Under the pieces are notes generated by a model that was given only the letters and a program-made list of their open reading frames with translations, was not told where the DNA came from and did no database searches. DNA of 49,488 nt, from the NCBI GenBank assembly GCA_021432655.1, contig MU271343.1, positions 36,360-85,847 of the forward strand, read 5' to 3'. Below are positions 1 through 10,635 of the stretch, one piece after another (the stretch's first letter is position 1; the number at the start of each line of letters is the position of its first letter). The position numbers and the translations under genes were made by a program. The DNA is from Atractiella rhizophila (Eukaryota).

Positions 1-1114
1 CTCCTCCCTGTCATTGTCGCCTCTGCATCGATGAGGGGCGATTGGCCCGTTGATGAGTTGATGGAGAAGTACTATGTGGGTGGAGTTACTTCGGACGCTC
101 GAGGGACAGTAGTATTGCTCAAAGATCAAACACCAGAGAATAACTTTGAGAAAGGACTCAAGGCTTGGTCACCTACCCATAGCGCCAGCGAGGCTGAGAA
201 GCTGTTTCGTCGTTTGAACAATACTGGGTTTTTAGGTGCGCCTTGCTTTCGTACCTCACTTGGTCTCTCCTGACTCGATGCGATCTGCAGTGGAAAAAAA
301 TCTCGGTATTTGTATGGCACTCAGGAATGCGCTGTACGAAAAAGATTATGGCCTCACTTACTACGGCAAACCCATCATCGACTTTGGAGTCTGCGCTGGG
401 TCAGCTAGGGTCATAAGAGAAGACAAGTTGTATAGGAGGTATCCAGGCTGTACTCCTACCTGCCTACACGAAGATCAGGATCCTAAGTTCGTTTCATTTG
501 TTCTATGAACTAGTTTAAATCACTGAGCACGGCACCGAGCAGCAATCACTACTGGCTCTATTTCCTGACTGAAGATGGTGAACATGTCTACTACGACTGT
601 GGAATGTTCATTTTCAACCTTCGCCTCGGAGTTCAGACGACTACATATTTCGCACCTCATCAACGCGATCTGCCAGTCCCGGCAGTGCCTGGATTCGAAA
701 TTGGGAGATTGGCGGCCATTGGAGGAGGGAGAACACAGTTGCACACTGAACGAAAACCTCCTCAAAAGTCGAGATTCAGCGTCGCCGGTTCTCCACTCAT
801 CTCGGACGCCACAAAGGACATCAAGAGGTCTCCATCTATTCCGGGAGGGAAGAGCAGGGAGACTCTCATTGACATCGTGAAAGCTATTAGGGCTGGTAGG
901 AAAGATAACGCGCCCGATGATCTTTCTAGTGCGTTTCTTTTCTCATTCCACGTACATTGACGTTCTGCACATGATGGTTGATGATATTGTTGAAGATCTG
1001 GCCATCTCTGTGGTGTATCGAGAAGGTATGGCGACTTTCGAGGATCTGATTCGATACAAGAGGTGGAAGAAGTATCCTAAAGTACCTGTAACTGCCATCA
1101 TCGACGAGTCGTGA
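1..1114 (+). CDS. Hypothetical protein, 5'-truncated by window edge; exons 1-235, 291-486, 543-928, 996-1114
   Basis: Four ORF segments join in frame through GT-AG introns (236-290, 487-542, 929-995), giving ...LGICMALRNALY...PIIDFGVCAGSARV..EDKL...QDPNNHYWLYF...YYDCGMFIFN...WKKYP...*. No function recognised. Confidence 0.7.
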
Positions 1115-1494
1115 TACACCGATTCTCTTGCTCTTGCATTCTCCGTGTTCTTGCTTGATGAACTGAACTACTGTGACAGCATAACCTTCGACTTTTGGAT
1201 CCTCAACCTTCAAGTTATTGCCTAGATTGAATTGGTTTCTTTGTTTCCTGTCACTGCACCTTAATATGTAACATGAAATGGTGCGTTGCAATGTACAAGC
1301 TAAGCCCGTACGCTATCGAGAACCAGATTAGAGAACAATTTCCGAGAGAATTGAAGCTGAATGAGAACGACAACGGCAAGAAGTACAGAACGCGAGAAGC
1401 CGAATGGGACAACAATGCTACGCAAGACAATAGAAGAGAATTAGAACTAGAACTAGAATTACTGAAGAACGGCGGAGAGGGAGAGAAGATCACA

Positions 1495-4161
1495 TCAGGC
1501 AACCACATCGTCCTCCTCTGCCCTCGATTCTTCTTTCGGTTCTACAGCATCGTCCAGTCAATCATGACGAGACGTGTAGGGGAATGGGAACGTACTGTAT
1601 TCCAGATTGCTCAGGAGCGCAATCCATACCTCCTCAAAGCCGGGAAAGCGTCCACTCCTGGTCACCCAACAGATTCATCAGCATTCTCCTCTCGCTCCTC
1701 CAATTCCGGAGTGAACAAGGAAACCAAACTCACCTAAGCAGTCTGAAGACCCTCTTCATGGCCTCTCCTCCTCTCACCTCATTCCACTTCTCGAGCAACA
1801 CCTCCATCTCGACCTTTCGAATATCTTCAAAGCTCCTACTAAAGCTCCCAAAGACCTCATACGGGATCGTCTGCGCCGACAGACTCTTGACGATATGGTC
1901 TCTCGCCAACTTCTTCAGCTCCAACAGACCAAGTTTATCCGCAAGCCTGTATATCGCTTTACTGGAGCAAGGGACCATTTGTCTCCCACCCCCACTAGTC
2001 GACGTGGAAAGTTTAGGGATGGAAGCTCGCACGAAGTCCTTCCTGCTCGCATATGGGAAGGGGACGTTCTTCCCGCGCGCAGTATCGCGAGCACAATAGT
2101 AGGTAGATGCGAGGGGAGCGAAGAGTATGGAGTCGGTGTAGAGGTAGTGTAAAAGGGCACGGAAGGTTCCGTACGAGGCATCGGTAATGATCACCGTTGT
2201 TCGTCGTCGATGGTGTGGCGATGATCGCTTCTTCTTCTTCTTCTGAGGCGGTGAAGAGTAGGCAGAGGAAGTTTCGCGTTTGATGGATGGGGTGGCAGAG
2301 GGGAGAGGCGGACGACTATCTGTCCCACCTATGGAAGGAGGTTGGGATGGGGAGGGGACGATTTCCATCTCGCTCTCTTCCAACCCGGTAGATGGCATCT
2401 CCGTTATATTGCCTGGCAATCCCAATCCCAAACTCGACTATTCATAAACATATGAGCATCTGCTAGGTCAAGATTGGAGCGGGATAAAGGATCTACTTAC
2501 CCTCCCATCGACCACCATCCCCACATCTCCATCCGTCCCACCCCTCTCCTCCATACTCTCATCCTCCGCCATCTCACTTTCCACCTCGCTCCCCAACTCA
2601 CCCAAGCCACTCATCCCCAAAGCGCTCAACCCCGTCCCAACAGCTCCGTACCCCAAGCCCTCTTCGATCTCACTCAAATCAAAGTCGCTCTCATCCTCAT
2701 CGTAATCCTCCTCCTCCAGTAGCTCTTCCACATCGTACACCCCTTCCCGCTCCGAGTCGGATGAGTCGGACGTGTCCAGAAGGGAGCGGGAAGAGGTAGA
2801 AGACCGTTTGACCTGTGGGTTGGAGAACGTGAGGGAAAGCGTCTTTGCGGTCGAACGTCGTGGTGTGCTAGCAGCGGAGACGTCCGCACTTGTCGTCTGC
2901 TCTTGGGACGACTCGTAAAACCTATGCTCCGTATCAATACTCCATCCTTTTACATCTGTAGAACAGAAGGAATCGATGTGATGGAGGACAAACCCTGAAT
3001 TAAACATAGTACTAAAATATTCACTTCGAGCACTTAACACCTTCTTACTCGCATAAATCCTCTTCTCCACCCTCTCCCTCTCCATTTCTCTCTCTCTCCT
3101 ACCACCCTTCTTCCCCACACCAGAACCCAACAATCCACCACCCTCATAACGAATCCTAAAACACACATCCCCATAAAGCGGATCATCAAACAAGCTCGCA
3201 TAAGCCTCCACCAGGTCCGTAGGTATAAGTCGTTTGAGAAGGAGCGGCGGAGGAGCGGGAGGAGTTGGGGAATAGACGATGGTGCAGACGATGACGAAGG
3301 CGTCCGCTTGTTTGGCTTGGGTATTGTTGAAGTAGGCTTGGTTGCGTTGCCAGAATTGTGCCCAGCCCCAGTTTCGGGCTTCGTAGTTGAATGCGTGGTC
3401 ATTTGCTTCCATCGCTTTGAAGAGCACCTTCTTGTCTGCGGAACGCGTCTGTGCATGCAATCAGATTGTTAGCATCTAAGAAGCAAGAGATGGAATGGAA
3501 AGGAGTGGCAGGGCAGGTACGTAGGTACGTATGCGCTAGAGAGCTGCTTGCAAAAGCATGCTCACTCCCACATTGCTTCAAGCACGTCCCATCTGAACCA
3601 TAGAGATTAAAAGAAAGAAGATAACCCACCTCAAAAGTGAATTTAAACACACCCTCCCTCTCCCACTGACCCATTCCTCCAGAAGCTACAGCCCCACTTG
3701 CACCGCTTCCTGCACCACCTGCAGCTCCTATTCCAGAACCAGTGACGAGGGGACCTTCGAGAGCGCTCGCTCGCAGTCCGCGCTCTCGTTCTTCGAGCGT
3801 AGGCTCACAAGATAGGTAGAGGGAACAGTATTGCTCGTGTCCTAGATCAAATCAGGTTCCATTTCGATGAGCCGATTCGCTGAGAGGTAAAATGGAGATG
3901 AGAAGACGAACCGGAGTTGGGATAGAAGAATATTTGCCACTTGTTCTCTCCGAAGAGAGCGCTTTTGAGACATTTGCTCTTGTTGGGGCCATTTGAGGAT
4001 TCGAAGAGCTGTTTGAGGTTGGAGATGCGCCATTCGAATGATATGCATGGATCCATGGATCCACCTTAAGAAGCGTATTGTGCGTGGGATATGACACTCA
4101 CGGTGAGAGTTTCGAGGTATTCAGCGGTGGATGCACTTGTAGACGCTGAGGGCGGCTGCAT
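1495..4161 (-). CDS. MATH + BTB/POZ domain protein (Cul3 adaptor-like architecture), multi-exon
   Basis: MATH-like motifs (ISFEWRISNL, KWQIFFYPNSG, YCSLYLSCEP, NWGWAQF) followed by a BTB interrupted by an acidic insert (LFDDPLYGDVCF, IYASKKVLSARSEYFSTMF ... ITDASYGTFRALLHYLYTD, SSKAIYRLADKLGL). The first exon junction is ambiguous (see findings) and the last exon is inferred. Confidence 0.85.
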
Positions 4162-5126
4162 ACTGGCTGAAGCTTCTGAGCTGAACAGACGTGGATCCTG
4201 CGAGGGTGGCGTTTGGTGGAATGGTCACGGACGCGGGAGCCTAGTCCGTACAGGATGATCACGTTGGAATGACAGACGGTTGGATCTGGATTGGATAGGA
4301 GAAGTATTAGAATAGTTTGGGCACGGAGTTGGTGTTGAGAGTGAGTGTTCTCATTGGCAGTGCAATTGCAGGTGATCTTAGGCTGGAGATGCCCCGTGCG
4401 CTCCCCACAGCAATCGCATTCATAAAACAACTTAAAGAAGCATCGCAAGAGTGACAGACAAGGTGATGACATGAATGGCAGTAGGCGTGCATTTCATTTC
4501 ATTTCATTCTTTTCCTTAAGCAGGAGACATTGGACGAATCCGAAGGTGGGGGAAAGTAATAAGAAGTGTCCTTTCTACTAAGTTCCATTCAGCGGTCAAG
4601 AAGCTTTGGAATAGAACTGGTGCCTAGTTGGATTCGTATTCACTCTATTGATCGATCCCTAAAGCAATATCTGTTCTTATTTGTCAAGGATGGATGGTCA
4701 TTATTTTCAAAGACTCACTAATCTCATGAGGGCGTGGAAGAACGGACAGCACAAGCAGACTCACACTGTCAGCGGAATGGAGGAATGGAGTGTGAAGGAG
4801 ACTAACGTACCCGAAAGAATGGGGATATTCCCTTCGAGCTCCCTGTAGTCTCGGAAAACATCTCTGCATTTTTGCAGAGACAATCCATTCAGTTCTTCAA
4901 GACGAGATAAGACCTCAGATGTATGGAAAAGATGCGATTCCCCCCTCACTCACCATGTTTTCTCACCTCCACCATGTGCGATCCTAAGTAGATCGTATGA
5001 GTGAAAGACGGTGTGTGTCGTGTTTGGAGAATACATCGAGTTCATTCGAATTCATTCCTTAAATAAATTGGCGTGCGCGACGTACATCTCGTTCCTATGA
5101 CCTTGACGCCTTGTTTAGAGGCGAGA

Positions 5127-5134
5127 TATATAAA
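5127..5134 (+). promoter_or_regulatory. TATA box candidate for F-box copy 1 (homologous sites at 7307-7314 and 10176-10181)
   Basis: TATATAAA lies ~75 nt upstream of ATG 5207, and a TATA(T)AAA motif is conserved in the homologous upstream block of all three paralogs. Confidence 0.55.
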
Positions 5135-5206
5135 GGTACCTCCTCCAATTGCCCTAGACATTTGTAACGAACGTCACTGGGAGAATATTTGGCGAATATT
5201 GTTTCC

Positions 5207-6433
5207 ATGATTGCAGCCGAGAAACAGCTAGAATGTATGGGTTTTACACCCGATTTGGCGAGGATAGCTTTACAAGAGGCGAAGGGAGATATAGAAAAAG
5301 CCATTGAGATTCTACTTGGTGTAAGTGTCCACTTTGCTCACATGACCAACAAGTGACGATGATGGTTCACAAAGGTATTCGAAAATGTCCCTGTCCCTGT
5401 CACACCACCTCCTTTGCCAGCGCCAGCATCTTGTCCAAGTCTGCAACAGGAACTTTCTATGTTTCAGCTAGAGGAACAGAGGAAGTTTCGTGGTGGACCA
5501 ATCACAGACATGCCTCCAGAACTCCTCCTCTTGATTTTTGGATACCTTCATCAAAGTCTTTCGACCGCAACGGAATATCGGTATTTTATCTCGACACGCC
5601 TTGTTTGTAAAACTTGGAAGCCATTGGTCCGGAACTTTTTTCTGCGAGACGTTGTCGTAGAATCTTCTTTCTATAGTGGTTGCATGGCGAAAGGAGAAAT
5701 ACCATTCAAAAGGCTACAGGGATTGGCAAAGAAGGAGCTGTTTAGTAATATTCTCCATCTAACTGTGGAACTGGGAGAAGATTATATTTCTGACACTCTT
5801 AATACCATTTGCGCTCAAAATCCCAAGCTGCATACTGTTAAGCTACACTCCGATTCCGAGCACAAATTCTGGCTGCACATTTACCAGACTTTCAGAACAA
5901 TCAGGGACCTTGATCTCGAAAACATTTATCTTGAGATGACCCAGCGGGCATTGGATACCCTGGAGCAGTTGCAGCATCTCACACTGAAAAACTGCAAACT
6001 CGATCTCCGCGAACTTGACGTGACGACTGAAGAGGATCGTTCCGACGAGCGGATCTCATTCAACAAACTGCAAACTCTGACCCTCGATGATTCCTTGGTG
6101 GTCATGGGCAATGATGTGTCGGTGTCACGACTCCTATCTAAGCTTTTTCCGCGCCTCAAAAAACTCACTTTCCCGGATTTTTTAGGACTGACTTTAATCG
6201 ACGAACTGTCACAAAATGCAACTCTGCCTTACATAAAAGGCAGTACTGAAGACTCAGAATCAAACTTTGCGGATGATGGGTTTCTGCACTTTTTGGCTTC
6301 GTCGCACCTTTGCTCCCTTCTGACAGAGATCGTCGTGCCTAACTCAACGTCAGGGTGCCCTGAAGAGATGATGAAGCTTTGCGAGGCCAGGAAAATCAAA
6401 ATCGTCATTTATGAGAAAAAGAAGTCCTTGTGA
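5207..6433 (+). CDS. UBA-like + F-box-like + LRR-like protein, copy 1; exons 5207-5320, 5375-6433
   Basis: Exon 1 (MIAAEKQLECMGFTPDLARIALQEAKGDIEKAIEILLG) has the UBA pattern MGF...A..AL....GD...AI..L. A 54-nt GT-AG intron is in frame. Exon 2 has an F-box (ITDMPPELLLLIFGYL...RLVCKTWKPLV) and LxxLxL repeats. Confidence 0.85.
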
Positions 6434-6938
6434 TTCTGCCCTCACGCGCAACTCAGGACGATGGGTATATCAGACCTCTTGAGTGTACGCTACCGAGCAT
6501 TCGATGAAGATATTCCTTTAACTCCAGCCAAGATTGCTGTGATCCACGGTCAAGAACAAGGAACAATATGAATTTGGACTGGATTTATACCATGACACAT
6601 ATTGACATCTGGATAATAGTCCAACATAACCAAATACCCCACCTCAAATTACTCAACCAAGGGTTACCAAGAAATTGCAATTACCCTCAGTCTTGGAAAA
6701 AGTGGATTTTATCAACTCTCCACGTGGAGGCGCGATAATGGAGAAGGGGGAGTACTTGAGTGAAGATTGAATGGACTCCAATTGACCTATTGTTGATTCG
6801 TACATTTCTTTGCAGTGTTACGCATCTGAGGAAAATCAAGACGTGATAAGACCTCAGATGTATAGAAAAGCTGCGATTCCCCCCTCACTAGCTCACTCAT
6901 CATGTTTTCTCACCTCCATGTACGATCCTGAGTAGATC

Positions 6939-7180
6939 CAGCCGCCGTTGCGGAAAGCGGAAGAGGTTGACGCACTTTTTTTTGGAAGCATCAGCTAGGG
7001 TCGACCCTAGCCCTAAGCCACATGTCCGGCGCCATTCAATCGGGCAGGAGGCTAGCGGTCGGAATTAGCCAACTGGTTGGATTAATTGAATTGGTTAAAG
7101 TTAGGGGTAGGGCCAATCCTAGCCGACTGACCAAACAAAAAGTAGGGGCAAGAAAAAGTGCGCGTCAACCTTTCCCGCTG
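6939..7180. mobile_element. MITE-like non-autonomous foldback element (242 bp)
   Basis: Present upstream of F-box copy 2 and absent at the homologous site of copy 1 (~4995). Ends CAGC...GCTG with TC on both sides. Imperfect inverted repeats AGCGGAAGAGGTTGACGCACTTTTT / AAAAAGTGCGCGTCAACCTTTCCCGCT plus an inner inverted pair. Confidence 0.7.
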
Positions 7181-7387
7181 TCGTGAAAGACGTGCGTGTT
7201 GTGTTTGGAGAATACAAGGAGAGTACATAGAATTCATTCTCGAATAAATTGGCGCGCGCGGCATTCATCTCGTTCCTAGCCCTTGACGCCTTGTTTAGAG
7301 CAGACATATATAAAACGCGCCTCCGCCAATTGCCCTAGACATTTGTAACGAACGTCACTGGGAGAATATTTGGCGAATATTGTTTCT

Positions 7388-8618
7388 ATGATTGCAGCCG
7401 AGAAACAGCTAGAATGTATGGGTTTTACACCCGAATTGGCGAGGATAGCTTTACAAGAGGCGAAGGGAGATATATATCAAGCCATCGAGATTCTAGTTGG
7501 TGTAAGTGCGCACTTTGCTCACATTGACCAACGAAGTGACGATGATTGTTCACAAGCTATTCGAAACCGTCCCTGTCCCTGTCACGCCGCCTCCTTTGCC
7601 AGAGCCAGCATTTTGTCCAAGTCTGCAGCAAGAACTTGCTATGTTTCAGCTGGAGGAACAGAGGAAGTTTCTTGGTGGACCAATCACAGACATGCCTCGG
7701 GAAATCCTCCTCTTAATTTTTGGACACCTTCATCAAAGTCTTTCGACTCCAATGGAATATCGGTATTTTATCTCGACAAATCGTGTTTGTAAAGCTTGGA
7801 AGCCATTGATTGAGACTTACTTCCTACGACACGTCATCGTCAAGTCTTCTTTCTTTCCTGCTGCTTGCATAGCGAAAGGAGAAATACTGCTCAAAAGGCT
7901 ACGGGAATTAGGAAATAAGGCACTGTTTAGTCATATTCTCCATCTAACTGTGGAACTGGGAGAAGACTATATTTCTGACTCTCTTGATATCCTTTGCGGT
8001 CAAGATTCCAAGGTCGATACTCTCAAGCTGCACTGTGATTCTGGGGGCAAATTCAGGCTGTACATTGACCATACTTTCAGAACAATCAGGGACCTTGATC
8101 TCGAAAACATTTATCTTGAGATGACCCAGCGGGCATTGGATACCCTGGAGCAGTTGCAGCATCTCACACTGAAAAACTGCAAACTCGATCTCCGCGAACT
8201 TGACGTGACGACTGAAGAGGATCGTTCCGACGAGCGGATCTCATTCAACAAACTGCAAACTCTGACCCTCGATGATTCCTTGGTGGTCGTGGGCAATGAT
8301 GTCTCGGTGACACGACTCCTGTCTGGGCTTTTTCCGCGCCTTAAAAAACTCGCTTTCCCGGATTTTTTAGGACTGACTTTTATGGACGAAATGTCACAAA
8401 ATGCAACTCTGCCTTACATAAAAAGCAGTACTGAAGACTCAGAATCAAACTTTGCGGATGATGGGTTTCTGCACTTTTTGGCTTCGTCGCACCTTTGCTC
8501 CCTTCTGACGGAGATCGTCGTGCCTGGTTCGACAACAGAATGCCCTGAAGAGATGATGAAGCTTTGCGAGGCCAGGAAAATCAAAGTCGTCACTTATCAA
8601 AAAAAGAAATCCTCATGA
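7388..8618 (+). CDS. UBA-like + F-box-like + LRR-like protein, copy 2; exons 7388-7501, 7557-8618
   Basis: Close paralog of copy 1 with the same intron (7502-7556) and an intact frame. Confidence 0.85.
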
Positions 8619-10635
8619 TTCTGCCCTCACGCGCTACTCAGGACGATGGGTCTATCAGACCTCTTGAGTGTGCGCTGCCGAGCGTTCGATAGAGGTCCGA
8701 ATTATTTGTATTCCTTTCACTCCGGCGAAGACTGCTCTGATCCACAGTGAAGAACAAGAAACAATATGAATTGTGGACTGGATTTATACCATCACACAGA
8801 TTGACGTCTGGACAATAGTCTAACATACCCAAATACATCACATCAAATTACTCAACCACAGGTTACCAAGAAATCGGAATTACTCTTAGTCTTCAAAATA
8901 TGGATTTTGTCAACTCTCCACGTGCAGGCGCGATAATGGAGAAAGAGGGAGTACTTGAGTGAAGATAGAATGGACTCCAATTGACCTAATGTTGAGTCGT
9001 ACATTTCTTTGGAGGAAAGCAGGTGTTAGGCATCTGAGGAACGTAGCTGTAACGAAGGGGATGAGAGCACCGATAAATTATGTAAGAGTTACTTGGCATA
9101 ATGAAAATGTTGCAGGAAGTATGTAGCGAGCACTTCCTCTGCCCCCTTCACCTTCGATATCTGTGACCCTGGATCGCTTTTTCACCCTGGCGACGACAAA
9201 TAAAGGACACGAAGCCTTGCCGAATCCTTCAGGTGAGGGAAGGCGAGTAGGACGTACGATATTTATATTTAACTTGCCGATCAATTCAAATTGACACCAA
9301 CTGACAAATTCAACCATCATTTCCCTGTGAGATGTATTGACTGGATGGCGACCGTCGAGGTTGATGAAATCATGCAAGAAGAAGTAGAAGGGTAGTTTTG
9401 GGCAGGTGAATTGGCATCGAGAGTGCGTTTCCCGTTGTCCCGTGCCTGTTTCTTCCAAAAATCAGTTGCGTGTAATGTCATATGGTTGCGCTTCGTCGGT
9501 GTCATGCACATGAAGCGAGCAATTTCAGGTTTAGAAAAAAACTGAAAACGCAGGAGTGACTGGCAAGACTTAGCGGATGACAGTAAACATGTGCAGCTGG
9601 CGCTCTTTTAACTTTTTTGCTACTTGACGGAAGGCAAATCAGGAGAACTCCAAGAAGAAGTCGTGGGAACAAAAAGAGCCCCAGTGTCCTTTCTAAGTAC
9701 TGCTCGGTGTTCAATACTGGTAGACAGAACCGATATTGTTCCCTTAGCCAACGTTGGAGTTATTGATATCAATTACCGCGCCATCTGGGATGTAGGGCTT
9801 TGAGACACTCACACGTCTGATGAGACTCTAGAGGACAGGTGTCACAAATGCTAGTAGAACATTTTACAAGAAAACTGATGAGGCCTTTTAAAGAATGGAG
9901 ATATTCTCATCGTTCATTTCGAGCTGCTGCTCGTCTCCCAAACGTCTTTGTATGTTTGGAGACAATTTATTCAGTTCTTCAGTTGTAAAAGGCGCCTCTT
10001 GCTCGCCATGGTTTCCCGCCTCTGCCCTGTGTGACCCATGTTAGACCCCGTGAGGGACGTGCTCAGTGTTTTGTTTGGATTGGAGACCTTGTCGCGTTCG
10101 TTCTTCAATTATATTAGCGTGCGCGACGTGCCTCTCGTTCGATGCGGTTAACGCCCTGTTCCGAGCTGAGGCACATATAAATCGAAGGTGCCTCCGCCGA
10201 ATGGCACAGTTTCTGCGTGTGAACTGGCGACGACAAGTTCTTTTCACGACTTCCCTAGGAACGGTCTACGGTTTCAAAACTCCCTCAGCTCTGCATTTCT
10301 CCCCACCATCTGATCCCTCGGCAACCTAGACCTTTGCAAATCAATTCATCCGTTCGACTTTCTTGTTCCTGCTCACTCTCCGTTCTCTACTCTTAGTACC
10401 TCAAATCCTCACGGTATTGCAGGTCAGCGTTCCTCCATGTCCACTGTAGGGTCTTGCTTCTGATCCTTACGCTAGTGGCTCTCGATTGCTTGAGTAGGAT
10501 TCTCGCTTTCCGATCTCGAGCGCAAGTGCGTTCAACAAGTGTGCGCGTCGGTCGCATTACATCCCAGCATTAGGTACTAGTATAGTTAGAGTAGAGAGCA
10601 AAGGACGAATTGAACAAACGTCACTTGAAGAGCAT

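Larger units (their letters stand above)
4897..9041. repeat. Tandem segmental duplication: unit 1 ~4897-6835, unit 2 ~6836-9041
   Basis: Flanks and CDS are co-linear. Both units begin TCAAGACG(A/T)GATAAGACCTCAGATGTAT and end GCATCTGAGGAA. Unit 2 is longer mainly because of the 242-bp insertion at 6939-7180. Confidence 0.9.

Noticed and set aside
4684..4949. Short minus-strand ORFs divergent from F-box copy 1, with related sequence near 9890-10010
   Set aside because: No consistent spliced frame and no reading frame conserved in the homologous region; more likely duplicated non-coding flank.
9078..9714. ORFs between F-box copies 2 and 3
   Set aside because: No recognisable motif or coherent exon structure; a decayed remnant cannot be supported.
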